Assembly: GCA_044222065.1 (NCBI GenBank)
Contig: JBGAOA010000087.1
Location: 1-13,216 of the forward strand
Length of the DNA stretch: 13,216 nt
Source of the DNA: Candidatus Eiseniibacteriota bacterium
GTDB lineage: Bacteria > Eisenbacteria > RBG-16-71-46
Direction of reading: 5' to 3'
Part shown: piece after piece, positions 12,688 to 13,216 of the stretch
Layout of the letters: every line of letters begins with the position of its first letter
Numbering within the stretch: the first letter of the stretch is position 1
Notes under the pieces: model-generated
Seen by the model: the letters and a program-made list of their open reading frames with translations, nothing else
What the model was told of the DNA's origin: nothing
Database searches by the model: none
Translations under genes and position numbers: made by a program

Positions 12688-13216
12688 GTCGGGGCCCACG
12701 CGCGAGACGCCGCGCTGGCTGCTCGTCGTCGCGGCGGCGCTGCTCGTCGCCCGCGTCGCGACCGGTTTCGTCGAGGAGCGCCCCGGGCCGCACGCCGCGG
12801 CGGGTGCCGCGATCGCGTGGCAGCCGCCGGGGAACGAACTCGCGCTCGCGCGCGCGCACGGCCGGCTCGTGCTGTACGAGTTCCGCGCCGACGGGAGCGC
12901 GCCGTGCGAGCGGCAGGAACGCGAGGTGTTCGCCGACCCCGAAGTCGCGCACTTCGTCGGCGAGCGTTACGTCGCCGTGCGCGTCACGGTCCGCCCGCGC
13001 GAGGACGGCGGCGACTCGGGCGTCGTCTCGAAGCTCGCGGAGAACTACGCGATCGGCACGTTCCCGACGCTCGTCGTCGTGGATCCCGCGGGCGGCGAGT
13101 TCCAGCGCCTCGAGGGCTACGAGGGTCCGTTCCGCGCGGCGAAGTGGCTGCGCGACGTCGCGGGGCCGCGCCAGTTCCGCTTCCAGTTCGGCGGAACGCC
13201 GCCCGCGCGCGACAGC
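12674..13216 (+). CDS. Membrane-anchored or exported thioredoxin-fold protein with SxxC instead of CxxC (partial, runs off the window)
   Basis: Manual translation: MPMRESGPTRETPRWLLVVAAALLVARVATG...IAWQP...LARAHGRLVLYEFRADGSAPCERQEREVFADPEV...YAIGTFPTLVVVDP.G...RLEGY. This fits a thioredoxin-like fold with a cis-Pro loop (FPT). GGGAG SD at 12662-12666; overlaps the permease end by 14 bp. Absent from the ORF track because there is no stop in the window. Confidence 0.85.
   Translation, partial: MPMRESGPTRETPRWLLVVAAALLVARVATGFVEERPGPHAAAGAAIAWQPPGNELALARAHGRLVLYEFRADGSAPCERQEREVFADPEVAHFVGERYVAVRVTVRPREDGGDSGVVSKLAENYAIGTFPTLVVVDPAGGEFQRLEGYEGPFRAAKWLRDVAGPRQFRFQFGGTPPARDS

Noticed and set aside
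1..13216. CRISPR array, tRNA/rRNA, IS element, integrase or prophage
   Set aside because: I saw no regularly spaced repeats, RNA gene signatures or mobile-element proteins. The repeats in 6358-8640 are protein-level Asp-boxes.

Overview
High-GC (about 70-75% by eye) bacterial chromosomal segment, densely coding. I found no mobile element, CRISPR array or RNA gene. Gene order: tail of an upstream CDS > YcaQ/AlkZ-family (HTH_42) DNA glycosylase > DUF3052-like protein > secreted protein of unknown function with a C-terminal FlgD-Ig/T9SS-like domain >< aspartate kinase (lysC) <> Tat-exported CapA-family metallophosphoesterase > Asp-box beta-propeller protein with the same type of C-terminal domain > HU > PAS-GAF-HisKA protein lacking the ATPase domain > ABC ATPase > ABC permease > membrane-anchored thioredoxin-fold protein with SxxC (runs off the end). 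The shared C-terminal domain plus very high GC suggest an FCB-related candidate lineage such as Eisenbacteria (inference only). Leads most worth following: (1) a shared C-terminal sorting tag on two unrelated secreted proteins, one with an unrecognised Cys-rich body and an anomalous low-GC junction; (2) an orphan, ATPase-less histidine-kinase-like protein behind a sigma28-type motif; (3) apparent total avoidance of GTCGAC, seen as GTG-GAC coding of Val-Asp; (4) a structured, possibly bidirectional regulatory region before HU; (5) an ABC exporter coupled to a degenerate thioredoxin.
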